From the NCBI GenBank assembly GCA_963847655.1, contig CAWKAS010000003.1, forward strand, positions 75,350-139,349: a stretch of DNA of 64,000 bases, given 5' to 3'. The notes under the pieces were generated by a model, which had not been told where the DNA came from, ran no database searches, and was given only the letters and a program-made list of their open reading frames with translations. Shown here piece by piece: positions 22,492 to 32,243 of the stretch (position 1 is its first letter; every line of letters begins with the position of its first letter). A program made the translations under genes and the position numbers. This DNA comes from an uncultured Acidobacteriota bacterium (GTDB lineage Bacteria; Acidobacteriota; Vicinamibacteria; Fen-336).

Positions 22492-23460
22492 TCACGCCTG
22501 CAGGTTGCCCCCGAAGAACGGCAGCAGCGAGGACTCGCGACCCGCGGCGGCGACGCGCTCGAGGGCGTCGAGGTGGACCTTGGCGATCTGGGCCAGGTAG
22601 GCCAGGGCCACCTCGGAGTTGTCCTCGAAGAGGTCGAAGAGGATCTCGGCGTTGCCGCTCAGGGTCACCACCGGGGTCTCGCAGACCGCGTCGTACCAGC
22701 GAGGCACGCCCGCCACGGACTCCAGGCCGCCGAGGGGATAGCCCGGCTGCGGCTCGAGGCCGAAGCCATCGATCGGGGACGAGCAGGCCACGCGTCCCTC
22801 CACCAGCATCTGCACCTGGCGCCCGGGCTCACCGCGGCGCCAGAGGACGGTGCCGGGCTCGAACCGCAGCTCCACGAGGCCGCGGGACAGATCGGCGAGG
22901 GCGGAGGCGCTCGCGCGGATGAAGGGGAGGCCCTCCCGCAGGAAGAGCATCCGCTGCACGAGGTCGAGGGGGCTCTTGAACCCCGGGGCCCTCATCGGCA
23001 CCTGGGCGGCCAGACACTCGCGGGGGGCCTCGTGCCAGAGATCGATCAACCCCCGGGAGATCTCCCGCAGGACGTGCTGCAGGACCGGGAAGCGGTCCTC
23101 GAGGATCTCATCGAGCGTGTCCGCGTCGAGCTCCAGGGCGACCACGTCGGTCTCGGCCACGGCGTCGATCCCGTTCGGATCGCGAGCGAGGTAGCCGAGC
23201 CCCCCCACCCCCGCCCCCGGCGTGGCGTGTCCGAGGACGTGCTCCCCGCGCCGAAGCTGGATCCGCCCCTCGATGACGATGTGGACGGCGGCGATGGGCT
23301 CGCCCTGCCGGAGGAGCCAATCCCCCTCCTCGAAGACCCGGGTCCGGGCCTGCTCCGCCACCAGGCCCAGGTCCTCCGGGCTGAGGGTGCCGAGGATGGG
23401 GAGAGTCCGCAGGTGGAGCAGCCGCTCCATGCGGCTGACGCGGCGGTCCTCAGCCCGCAC
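22492..23460 (-). CDS. Protein with two cyclic-nucleotide-binding (cNMP) domains
   Basis: Two beta-roll modules are present (FEEGDWLLRQGE...IEGRI and ...LWRRGEPGRQVQMLVEGRV). The GTG at 23460 has GGGGAGAG upstream and overlaps the stop of the preceding gene. An alternative ATG is at 23430. Confidence 0.8.
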   Translation of the reverse strand: MRAEDRRVSRMERLLHLRTLPILGTLSPEDLGLVAEQARTRVFEEGDWLLRQGEPIAAVHIVIEGRIQLRRGEHVLGHATPGAGVGGLGYLARDPNGIDAVAETDVVALELDADTLDEILEDRFPVLQHVLREISRGLIDLWHEAPRECLAAQVPMRAPGFKSPLDLVQRMLFLREGLPFIRASASALADLSRGLVELRFEPGTVLWRRGEPGRQVQMLVEGRVACSSPIDGFGLEPQPGYPLGGLESVAGVPRWYDAVCETPVVTLSGNAEILFDLFEDNSEVALAYLAQIAKVHLDALERVAAAGRESSLLPFFGGNLQA

Positions 23461-26169
23461 GGCCGCTCTCCCCCAGCACTCCCAGGGTGCGCTCGAACAT
23501 CTGCCCCACGAAGAGCGACGTCTCCTGCGACCGCAGCTCCTCGATGCGCCCGCGCAGGTCCCGAAGGCCCAGCTCGCCCACGTGGAAGACGGCGAGGCTC
23601 CTGAGGATCTCCCCCGGCTGCTCGACCAGTCGAGTGAGAAGGGTCTCGTAGTCGAGTGGCTGGGGTCGATAGAAGCCGGCCGTCGCCTCGCCTCCGGCCA
23701 GCCCCGGGTCGCCGTCGACCAGGGCGAGGACGGGGGCCTTCAACGGCGGCCGGAGGACGTTCTCGAGCAGCTCGCGGCTGCTCGCCCGGACCCGGCGGTC
23801 GGGGCTCCTGAGCCCGCGGTAGATCCGCCGGAAATCCTCCTCCCGCTGCAGCAGGTCGAGCAGGCGGAAGAGGCGCTCCTCGGCGTTGTCGGCCTTGTCC
23901 CGAAGCAGGGCCGCGACCATCTGGTGCCCGGGAGTCCGCCGACCGGGCTCCGCCGCCGCGCCCCGATCGAGGACCGAGCGCCAGTGGGCGATGCGGCCCA
24001 CCGTCTCCAGCGTCCGGCCTGCTGCCTCCGAGAGCACAGCCTCGTCCAGCTCGACCCCTGGGTGCCGGGTCGCGACGCGGCCCAGCGCCCGGAGGATTCG
24101 AAAGCGCACCATGCCATCGGTCTCCTCGAGGAGGTGACGCTGCAGCACCGCCACCGCGTCCTTCGCCGGGAAGCCCGCGATCGTCCGGGGGATGTGGCGC
24201 CGCAGCTCCTGGGGCAGGGTGCGGTCCTCCAGGGACCGCTCGAGGAACTCCAGCCCCTTCGACCCGAAGGCCCGGAAGGCCCTCCGCACCTCCGAGCGGA
24301 CGGCCTCCCGACGCAGCTGCTCGAGAAGCGTGGGCAGGAGTGACTCCTCGCGCAGCTCGGCGACCGAGCGCGCCACGGCCGCCTGGACGGCGTCGTCGGC
24401 CTCCGTGGCCAGGGTCTCCAGCACGGGGAGGAAGGCGGGCACGGGTTGTCGCTGGATCACCCGCGCCAGGGCCCGCCGCGCCTCCAACGACCTCTCGCTC
24501 AGGATGACCTCCAGCAGCGGACCCGGGTCGGTCTCCGAGTCGGATACGGCCAGGAAGCCGGCGAGGGCGGTCGCCCTCACCAGGGGATTCGGGTCCCCCA
24601 GGGCCTCCCGCATCCGGTCCTCGTCCGGGTCCACCGCCATCCGTGCCCGCAGCGCCGCCGCCCGCACCTCGGCGTCGGCGTGGTCCAGCAGACGGTCGGC
24701 GACGGGCATGAAGTCGGTGCGACCCGCGGCCTCGAAGAGATCCAGGGCCCGGAGCACGACCGCCGCGGTCGGGTGGTACAGGATCAGGGCGGGGACGAGA
24801 TGGGTCCGGTCCTCGGCGTGGAGGAGATCGAGGGCGGCCACGACCTCGTCGTCGTCGCGGCTGTTCAAGGAGGCAAAGAGGGTCTCCAGCGAGACGAGGT
24901 CGAGGTCGGGTAGACCGCCGCGGGCCTCGATGATGCCCTCCCGCAGGGCTCGGCGGAACATCTCCACGTAGTGAGGTCGCAGCTCGGCGACGGCGGCGAT
25001 CCAGGCCACGCAGAGCACCGCCACCGCGACCGCCAGGATCGTGTCGCCGCGCCCGAGGGCCAGCTGGGACAGGATGAAGATCGAGGCCACCGCCTGGCCG
25101 CCCCGTTGACCGACGACGTCGATCGCCGGCTTGACGCGCGCCCGCAGCCGGTCGGGGATGGGCAGGAAGAGAAGCTCGGTGCTGGTGCGGTTGAGCGAGG
25201 GACGCAGCGCGCCGTCCGCCCCCTTCATGACAAGGGCGGCGACGAGACCACCGCCGACCACGACGCCGCTCGCCCCCCCCAGGACGAGGAGGGGAAGGGC
25301 CCAGAGCGCGCGGTGCACGTCGAACACGCGGAGGATCCAGCCCATCAGGGCGACCTGCACAACAAGGGCGACGACGCTCAGCAGGCCGTAGAACGTGGCG
25401 AAGAAGGCGGCCAGGTTCTCCGCGGCCACGTGCCGCGCCACCTCGCTCTTGAACACGTAGTCGCCCAGGGTGACCGCCACCGACGAGACCAGCACCAACC
25501 CCGCCAGACGCGTGACGTAGGGCTCACGCTCGAAGAAGCCCCGGACGTCGCCCAGACGCCAGCGGCCGGGAGCGGGGGCGTCGACCTCTTCGCTCACCTG
25601 GCGGCCGAGGGCCCACGCCAGCCCCGCCGTCGCTGCCATCAGCGCCGCGCCCAGGGCGATCAGGGCCTGGGGGGAAGCGAGGCCGTGGCCAGGCGGGCCA
25701 CGCCGGCGCCCAGAGCGGCCCCGGTGAGGCTGCCCGTCCCGATCGCGCGGTAGAGCCGCTTGGCCTGGGTGATGGTGTAGACGTCGCCGAGGAGCACCCA
25801 GAACTGGACGCCGGCGAGAGTGGCGACGGCGCCCGCCCAGACGTAGAACGCACGGAGCAGCCACGGGCTGCCCGCCGGCTGAAGGAGAAAGAAGCCCAGG
25901 GTCACCGCCGCCCCGAAGGCCAGGGTGACGGAGAGCCGCAGCGGCCGTGGGATTCCGACCCCCTTGCCCGGGAGCTCGGCGAGGGCCACCGCGACCGCCG
26001 CCATGACGAGGTAGACCCACGGCAGCTCCTCGGGCGGCAGGCGGGCGAGAAAGAGCGCGTCTCGCGCGGTCTCCAGGATCGCGTAGGAGGCGAGGATCCC
26101 CAGCAGGGTGACGAAGGCAAGGGCCACGCCCCGCCGCTCCTCCGGTCTCACGCTGCTCTGGCCGGACAC
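23450..26169 (-). pseudogene. MFS-type (Npt1/Npt2- or TLC-like) membrane domain fused to a long HEAT-repeat domain; the frame is broken at a C6 run
   Basis: The N-terminal part is in the frame of track ORF 25660..26313, reading ...YRAIGTGSLTGAALGAGVARLATASLPP, then stop. The continuation ...PQALIALGAALMAATAGLAWALG... is in the frame of ORF 23450..26533. The frames switch at gggggg 25669-25674, and one extra C would restore a single protein of about 900 aa. The start could be GTG 26169 or ATG 26235. Confidence 0.6.
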
Positions 26170-26233
26170 GTCCCTCGAATATACACTTGGTGGCACGGGC
26201 AGACGGCGCGACCCCGCGGAAAGAGAGGAAGGC

Positions 26234-26677
26234 ATGGCGGCGACGCTGAGAGTGGCTCGACTGTTCTTCGTCCTCCTGGTCCTGGTGGCGACGGGCCGCT
26301 GGCTCATGGGCACCCTTGGAGTGCCCTACGAGAAGGGTCACCACATCTTCAGCATCGTGATCCTCACGGTCTTCTCGTGCCTCTACTACGGGGCGTTCAC
26401 GCGTCGTTGGCTCGACTACCGGCTGATCCAGGCCGTCCTCCTCGGCGTGGTGATGGGTCTCGCCGGCCAGATCCTGATCCTGGCCCTGACGTCCGTCTCC
26501 TACGCGCTCGGGCTCGAGACCTACTTCAACCACCCGACCGCGCTCAACGCGCCCGAGGCCCTGTCCTTCGGCAAGGCCATGGGGGTCCGACTCGGCGGCC
26601 TCGTCGGCAACTCGATCGGGTCCGGGATCACCGCCGCCCTGGGCTGGGCGCTCGGAGGGCTGCTGCCCCGCAGTTGA
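26234..26677 (+). CDS. Small integral membrane protein (4 predicted TM segments), unknown function
   Basis: MAATLRVARLFFVLLVLVATG... with four hydrophobic stretches and good GC3 bias. The upstream part of track ORF 26108..26677 is not coding-like. Confidence 0.6.
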   Translation: MAATLRVARLFFVLLVLVATGRWLMGTLGVPYEKGHHIFSIVILTVFSCLYYGAFTRRWLDYRLIQAVLLGVVMGLAGQILILALTSVSYALGLETYFNHPTALNAPEALSFGKAMGVRLGGLVGNSIGSGITAALGWALGGLLPRS

Positions 26678-26758
26678 CGACCTTCGAGGGCGTGCGCCCT
26701 CCGCAGGCGTGTCCGCGCTCGCCGTCCCGGGTGCAGCGGCACGCCGGGGACCGAGAGG

Positions 26759-27997
26759 CTAGAAGGAGTAGCCGATCTTCGCGTTGAAGCGGCTGCCCTC
26801 TCTTCCGCGGGCGACGTCGAAGCGGAACAGGACGCTGTCACGCGTGGTCAGCCGCACGCCGACTCCGGTGCTCGTCCGGAAGCCGAGGGAGTCGAGCGCG
26901 GCGAAGCCGCCGCCGGCCGCCCCGCCGTCGAGGAACGCCGCCAGCTCCAGCCAGCGGAGCGCCTGGAACCGGTACTCCGCGGAGACCCCGTAGATCGCGT
27001 CGCCCGAGAAGCGGTGCTCGGGGTAGCTGCGGAGCAGCTGGCCGCCTCCCAGGGAGTACTGCAGGTAGTAGGGCACGGGCACCCCGCCGGTTCGCGCGAG
27101 GGAGCCGCCGGCGCGCAGCGCGAGGAGGTGGCGCTCCGAGCCGAGGGGCAGGTAGTGCCGGGCGTCGAGGGCGACGCGATCGAAGCCGGGGGTCTCACCG
27201 ACCCCCTGGTAGCTGTCGAGACGCAGGCTCACGAAGCTGCCCCCCTGCGTGTGGCGCGGGCGGACCCGGGTGTCCCACACGAGCTCCGACGTGACGCGGA
27301 CGTAGCCCCGCTGCCACGCCTGCCCGGGGACGTCCGTCCCGGGATCGAACGCCTTCCCGAGCGTGCGGGCGTTCTCACCCGGGGTGACGGCCAGCAGCCC
27401 GATGCGGCCCTGGACGGCGAGGCCGGGGGCGATGCGGTAGCCCACGACGGCGTCGATCGAGCGCTGGTGCAGGGGATCGGAGTACCCTCCGAGATACCGC
27501 CCCGCCTCGAGGTCGAGCTGTCTGACCTGCCCGTAGGCGAAGAAGCGGTCCCCGGGATCGTCGTCGGCCACGTATCCGGGCATCCACTCGAAGCCCAGGC
27601 GCCGCCGGGGAGCGCGACCGTCCTCGTGCGGGATCCGCCCCAGCCGAAGCTCGACGAGGCTGTCGCCCTGGATCGAGTGCGAGACGGCCCCGTAGAGGCC
27701 CACGGAACCGCTTCCCAGCTTCGGGTCGAAGTAGGCGAGCCCTGGCGCCGCCCCGCCTCCGGTCGCGAGGCTGGTCACGTAGGGATACAGGCCGACCTTC
27801 TTGAACCGGGCGGAGGTCTCCCGGGCGAGGCGCTGGATGCGGTCGGGCATCGACTCACGCCGCTCGCCCTCGCCCTCCTGGGCCCGCGCCCTCCCCGCCG
27901 CGCAGGGCAGGAAGACACACAGCATCAGGCAGCTCAGGGAGCGCAGGGGGCCCCACTCACAGACCCTTCCTCGTCGAGCTCGGCCCGGAGAGGTCAT
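26759..27997 (-). CDS. Outer-membrane beta-barrel protein (Omp85/surface-antigen-like barrel, no POTRA domain seen)
   Basis: Signal peptide ...LRSLSCLMLCVFLPCAAGRARAQ. Alternating amphipathic strands. The C-terminus ...RFNAKIGYSF ends in an aromatic residue, as in OMP sorting signals. Confidence 0.7.
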   Translation of the reverse strand: MTSPGRARRGRVCEWGPLRSLSCLMLCVFLPCAAGRARAQEGEGERRESMPDRIQRLARETSARFKKVGLYPYVTSLATGGGAAPGLAYFDPKLGSGSVGLYGAVSHSIQGDSLVELRLGRIPHEDGRAPRRRLGFEWMPGYVADDDPGDRFFAYGQVRQLDLEAGRYLGGYSDPLHQRSIDAVVGYRIAPGLAVQGRIGLLAVTPGENARTLGKAFDPGTDVPGQAWQRGYVRVTSELVWDTRVRPRHTQGGSFVSLRLDSYQGVGETPGFDRVALDARHYLPLGSERHLLALRAGGSLARTGGVPVPYYLQYSLGGGQLLRSYPEHRFSGDAIYGVSAEYRFQALRWLELAAFLDGGAAGGGFAALDSLGFRTSTGVGVRLTTRDSVLFRFDVARGREGSRFNAKIGYSF

Positions 27998-28132
27998 GGT
28001 TGGCACTGTAGCAGAGGAGACGCGTCTCTCGGCGGGAGTGACGGTGGACGCAACAGGATTTGACAAACGCCCGTCGGGCGCTCAGGGCGCGGGTTCGATT
28101 CTTCCCAGACGAGCGTCTCGACGCCGCGCGTT

Positions 28133-29707
28133 CTACGGGGCCCTCTTCCCGTACACGACGGCGCTGCGGACCCGGATCTCCTGCCCCTCCGATCTCTCGT
28201 CGGCGTCGTCCCGCACCACGATGCGGACGGTGTGCTCGCCGGCCTCGAGCCCGGTCACGTGCCAGCAGTCGTTGTCGTGCGTCCGTTCGGGGATCCAGGC
28301 GTCGAGGACGTACGTGGATTTCTCGCCGTCGAGGAAGACGTCGGCCCGGCCACCCTCCTGCGTCATGTCGCCCAGGATGGCCACGCCGGTGCCCTCGAAG
28401 CTGAACGCCGCCTCGGAGCCGGCCTCCGTGGTCCGCATCGCCTCCCAGTCGCCCCAGGGATGCTCGTAGGTCCGGCGCGACCACTGACCCTTCCACTCCC
28501 AGGCCGGGTCGTCGAGCTCCAGGCGCCGGACCGGGGGGTCGGCCTCCCACTGCTCGAGGGGCGGGGCGAGCGGAGCCTGGACGGGGATGACCACCTCGTC
28601 CTCCGTCACCCGCCCTCCCGCTCCCTCGATGATGGCCTCTGCCCGCTTCAGGGTGGAGTCGACGATGTCGTTGAAGGAGTACCGGGTGAAGGAGAACTCC
28701 TCGTCCTCGATGGCGGGGATGCCGGACCGGAACTCCTCGGGGATGGCCTCGTAGCCCCTCATCACCCCCAGGATGCCCCCGGCGCTCGAGGGATTGCAGT
28801 CCGAGTCCTGCCCCGCCCGGGTGGAGATCTCGAGCGTCTTCGCGAAGTCGCCCCCTCCGTACAGCAGGCCCAGGGCGATGTAGGCCCCGTTGAGTCGCGC
28901 GTCGATGTTGAAGGGCTGGAGGGCCCCGTCCGGGCACATGTCGTCGCCGTCCCACTTCTCCTCCAGCAGGGTCCAGGTGGTCTTCCAGTCCGTGGGATGC
29001 TCCCGGTGCCAGCCCAGGACGTCGGCGATCACCTGGGCGTAGCCGCTGCCCGCCGGGATCGACTTCAGTCCCTCCTCGACGACCTTGCGGGGGTCGTCCT
29101 CAAAGTAGCCGGCCGCGTACATCCCGGCCACGAACATCCCGCCATAGAGTCCGTCGCCGTAGTTCATCACCCGGCCCACCCGGTCGGCATACCGGTTCGC
29201 CTCCTGGGGCAGCCCCGGTGTCATGAGCCCGATGAAGTCCGACTCGATCTGGAAATCGATGTCGTTGGCGTGCATGTTGTACTGCGGGTGGCCGGACAAC
29301 GGGGCCTTGATCCCCCGGTTCAGGTTCCGCCGGGCCCCGGCGTTCGCGTGCCAGAGGTCGTACCTGGAGTCACGGAACATGTCGCCGTACTGCTCGGTGG
29401 TGGCGTCGAGGCCCACGGTGTCCATGACCTCGGCGAAGGTCATCTCCACGTAGAGGTCGTCCTGCCGGATCGTGTTGTCGATCATGTCGGGCGTCCACTC
29501 GAGCTCGCCTTCGAGGATGCGACCGTTGGACTGGAACTCGGTGGGCGCCCCGAAGGCCACTCCGATCATCTGGCCGGCCCAGCCACCGCGCACCCTGTCC
29601 TCGAGGACGCTCCGGCTCAGTCGTCTCTCCGGGGTCTTCTCGGTACAGGCCACGACCCCGGTCACGGCCAGGCTCGCGAGAAGAGCCACCACTCGCTTCA
29701 CGGTCAT
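28133..29707 (-). CDS. Exported ADP-ribosylglycohydrolase-family lipoprotein with an extra C-terminal beta-sandwich-like domain
   Basis: MTVKRVVALLASLAVTGVVAC lipobox. ARH-like blocks GGWAGQMIGVAFGAPTEF, DDLYVEMTF, GDGLYGGMF and GQDSDCNPSSAGGILG. It is the only coding-like part of track ORF 28133..31966. Confidence 0.8.
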   Translation of the reverse strand: MTVKRVVALLASLAVTGVVACTEKTPERRLSRSVLEDRVRGGWAGQMIGVAFGAPTEFQSNGRILEGELEWTPDMIDNTIRQDDLYVEMTFAEVMDTVGLDATTEQYGDMFRDSRYDLWHANAGARRNLNRGIKAPLSGHPQYNMHANDIDFQIESDFIGLMTPGLPQEANRYADRVGRVMNYGDGLYGGMFVAGMYAAGYFEDDPRKVVEEGLKSIPAGSGYAQVIADVLGWHREHPTDWKTTWTLLEEKWDGDDMCPDGALQPFNIDARLNGAYIALGLLYGGGDFAKTLEISTRAGQDSDCNPSSAGGILGVMRGYEAIPEEFRSGIPAIEDEEFSFTRYSFNDIVDSTLKRAEAIIEGAGGRVTEDEVVIPVQAPLAPPLEQWEADPPVRRLELDDPAWEWKGQWSRRTYEHPWGDWEAMRTTEAGSEAAFSFEGTGVAILGDMTQEGGRADVFLDGEKSTYVLDAWIPERTHDNDCWHVTGLEAGEHTVRIVVRDDADERSEGQEIRVRSAVVYGKRAP

Positions 29708-29917
29708 CTCACACCCCCTCGGGACCGACGGCGCGACGGTCACGGCCCCTACCTTACTGCGCCCCCTCGCCGAACGGAACGGGTCCTGCGCACCACGGTC
29801 GGCGCCTCCCCGGGCCGGCCCCCGCGTGCCCACGGTGCACCGACGCCCCACACACGGTACGATGAGACCCGTCGCGACGCCGGGGCGGAGGAGGCACCAG
29901 TTGAGCAGGGGCGAACG

Positions 29918-31426
29918 GTGAGCGAGGCCGAGCGCAGCGAGGCGGGCTGTGCCCTGGTCGTCTTCGGCGGGGCCGGCGACCTGACGCGGCGACTCCTCGT
30001 GCCCGCGCTCCTCAACCTGGCCGCCGAGGGTCGCCTGCCCGAGCGATTCGCCCTCGTCGGCTACGCTCGAACCGACCTCGACGACGAGAGCTACCGCGAG
30101 CGCCTCGATGAGGCGGTCAGGGAATACGCCCGGGAGGATCTCGACCCCGCCCTGTGGGCGGCCCTGCGCCCCAGGGTCCGGTGGGTACGGGGGGGCTTCG
30201 ACGAGCCCGAGGGCTACGCCCGTCTCAAGGAGGTGCTGGGCGAGGTCCACGGCCCGGGGGGTGGGGGTGGGTGCGATGTCTTCTACCTCGCCTGTCCGCC
30301 CCCCTTCTTCGAGGAGATCGCCAACCGCCTCGGGACCGCCGGGCTCGCCCGCGAGGAGGACGGTCGCTCGCGCCGCCTCGTGGTGGAGAAGCCGTTCGGC
30401 CGGGACCGGTCCTCGGCCCAGGAGCTGAACCGGCGCCTTCTGCAGGTCTTCTCCGAGCGCCAGGTCTTCCGGATCGACCACTACCTTGGCAAGGAGACGG
30501 TCCAGAACATCCTGGCCTTCCGCTTCGCCAACGGCTTCTTCGAGCCCATCTGGAACCGCCGCTACGTCGACAGCGTTCAGATCACGGTGGCCGAGGCCAT
30601 CGGAGTCGAGGGGCGCGGGAACTACTTCGAGCGCGCGGGGACGCTGCGCGACATGGTGCCCAACCACCTCTTCCAGGTCCTGACCCTGATCGCGATGGAG
30701 CCTCCCAGCTCCCTCGGCGCCGACGCGGTGCGCGACGAGAAGGTCAAGGTGCTGCGGTCCGTCCCGACCTGGACTCCAGATGAGGTGGGCCGCGACGCGG
30801 TGCGCGCCCAGTACGGCCCCGGCCGCCTCCCTTCCGGAGAGGAGGTCCCCGGCTACACCCGGGAGCCGAGCGTCGACCCGGCTTCCCGAACGGAGACCTA
30901 CGCCGCCCTTCACCTCCGCATCGACTCCTGGCGCTGGGCCGGGGTCCCCTTCTACCTGCGCACCGGCAAGCGTCTCAGCCGTCGCGCGAGCGAGGTCGTC
31001 GTCCGGTTCCGGCGGGCCCCCCTGCAGCTCTTCCAGGACACGCCGGTGAGCGGCCTCCACTCCAACCAGCTGGTGCTGCGCCTGCAGCCGCGCGAGGGAA
31101 TCGCCCTCCGCTTCGACGTGAAACGTCCGGGCCCCGAGATGACCCTGGGCAAGGTCGACATGGACTTCTGCTACTCCGAGTATTTCGGGGAGACCGCGGC
31201 CACCGGCTACGAGACCCTGCTCCGCGACGCCATGCGTGGAGACACGACCCTCTTCCAGCGGGCGGACCAGGTGGAGGAAGGTTGGCGCGTCGTGCAACCG
31301 GTGCTCGACGCGTGGGAGGCAGACCGCAGGGCGCCGCTCCCGGTCTATCCGGGGGGCTCCGAAGGACCGGCGGCGGCGGACGACCTCCTCTCCCGGGACG
31401 ACCGCCAGTGGGATCCCATCGCATGA
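29918..31426 (+). CDS. zwf: Glucose-6-phosphate 1-dehydrogenase
   Basis: VVFGGAGDLTRR, EKPFG, RIDHYLGKE (the Zwf signature) and MVPNHLFQVL. GTG start at 29918. Further upstream the ORF runs antisense to the ARH gene. Confidence 0.93.
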   Translation: MSEAERSEAGCALVVFGGAGDLTRRLLVPALLNLAAEGRLPERFALVGYARTDLDDESYRERLDEAVREYAREDLDPALWAALRPRVRWVRGGFDEPEGYARLKEVLGEVHGPGGGGGCDVFYLACPPPFFEEIANRLGTAGLAREEDGRSRRLVVEKPFGRDRSSAQELNRRLLQVFSERQVFRIDHYLGKETVQNILAFRFANGFFEPIWNRRYVDSVQITVAEAIGVEGRGNYFERAGTLRDMVPNHLFQVLTLIAMEPPSSLGADAVRDEKVKVLRSVPTWTPDEVGRDAVRAQYGPGRLPSGEEVPGYTREPSVDPASRTETYAALHLRIDSWRWAGVPFYLRTGKRLSRRASEVVVRFRRAPLQLFQDTPVSGLHSNQLVLRLQPREGIALRFDVKRPGPEMTLGKVDMDFCYSEYFGETAATGYETLLRDAMRGDTTLFQRADQVEEGWRVVQPVLDAWEADRRAPLPVYPGGSEGPAAADDLLSRDDRQWDPIA

Positions 31427-32175
31427 GGAAGGGTGAAGCCCGGCTTCGGGTCTTCCCCGGCCCCGTCGAGCTGGCGCGGGCCGCCGCCGCCGAGCTGCTC
31501 CGCCGCGGCCGCCGCGCCGTGCGCGAGCGCGGGGCCTTCGACGTCGCCTTGTCGGGTGGGAGCACGCCGGTGGCCCTCTACCAGGCCCTGGCCGCGGGCT
31601 CCGCCGCGCGCTCGGGCCTCTGGCGCCACGTGCACGTGTTCTGGGGCGACGAGCGCGTGGTCCCCCCGGAGGACCCCGCGAGCAACTACGGCACGGCCTG
31701 GAAGGCGGGCCTGCGCCGCTTGAGGCTCTCCGCCGATCACGTGCACCGCGTCCGCGGCGAGACCGCCGACGCCCGCCACGCCGCCGTGCTCTACGAGAAC
31801 GAGCTGCGCGCCCGTTTCGCGGGCGCGGTCTGGCCCCGGCTCGACCTCGTCCTCCTCGGCCTGGGCGCCGACGGGCACACGGCGTCTCTCTTCCCGGGCT
31901 CGGATGCCCTCGAGGAGAAGGAGCGCTGGACGGCGGCCGCCGAGGAGGGCGACCCTCCCCGGCCACGGGTCACGCTCACCCTTCCCGTCCTCAACAGCGC
32001 CGCCGCCGTCCTGTTCCTGGTCGCCGGCTCCGCCAAGGCCGAGGCCCTCGCCTCCCTCCTCGGCCACGACCCGCAGGACGCCGCGCCCGCGCGCCGCGTC
32101 CGGCCCCCGGGCGGGGATCTCATGGTCTTCGCGGACCAGGCGGCCGCCGCGCGACTTCCCGACGCCGGTCCCTGA
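31423..32175 (+). CDS. pgl: 6-phosphogluconolactonase
   Basis: The ATGA overlap with the zwf stop indicates translational coupling. ALSGGSTP, FWGDERVVP and LLGLGADGHTASLFP are Pgl/NagB-superfamily signatures. Confidence 0.9.
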   Translation: MRKGEARLRVFPGPVELARAAAAELLRRGRRAVRERGAFDVALSGGSTPVALYQALAAGSAARSGLWRHVHVFWGDERVVPPEDPASNYGTAWKAGLRRLRLSADHVHRVRGETADARHAAVLYENELRARFAGAVWPRLDLVLLGLGADGHTASLFPGSDALEEKERWTAAAEEGDPPRPRVTLTLPVLNSAAAVLFLVAGSAKAEALASLLGHDPQDAAPARRVRPPGGDLMVFADQAAAARLPDAGP

Positions 32176-32243
32176 GCCGCAGAGATCGCGACGAGGCCGG
32201 GGGCGAGCCTTCGGACCCGGGCTTTCCGGGATAAGATGCGCGC

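Noticed and set aside
25660-25680. Programmed -1 ribosomal frameshift at the C6 run in the MFS-HEAT gene.
   Set aside because: The run is not a canonical X XXY YYZ heptamer in the zero frame, and I see no obvious downstream stimulatory structure. A single-base homopolymer error or a genuine pseudogene explains the data more simply. It is kept only as a remote alternative.
26233-26236. Overlapping divergent start codons (CATG) for the MFS-HEAT gene and the small membrane-protein gene.
   Set aside because: The MFS gene more plausibly starts at the downstream GTG at 26169 (or 26151), just before the conserved ...RPEERRGVALAFV... N-terminus. This leaves a normal divergent promoter gap.
28085-28110. 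tRNA-like T-arm sequence (gggttcgattc).
   Set aside because: The flanking bases do not form a T-stem (gcggg against cttcc). No acceptor or anticodon arms can be drawn, so this is a chance match.
28232-29917. N-terminal extension of zwf (track ORF 28232..31426, 1064 aa), and the 1277-aa ORF 28133..31966 read as a single protein.
   Set aside because: The extension of each ORF lies antisense to the other's well-supported gene (ARH-family gene and zwf/pgl) and is low-complexity. The Zwf homology starts at the GTG at 29918, and the ARH homology starts at the ATG at 29707.
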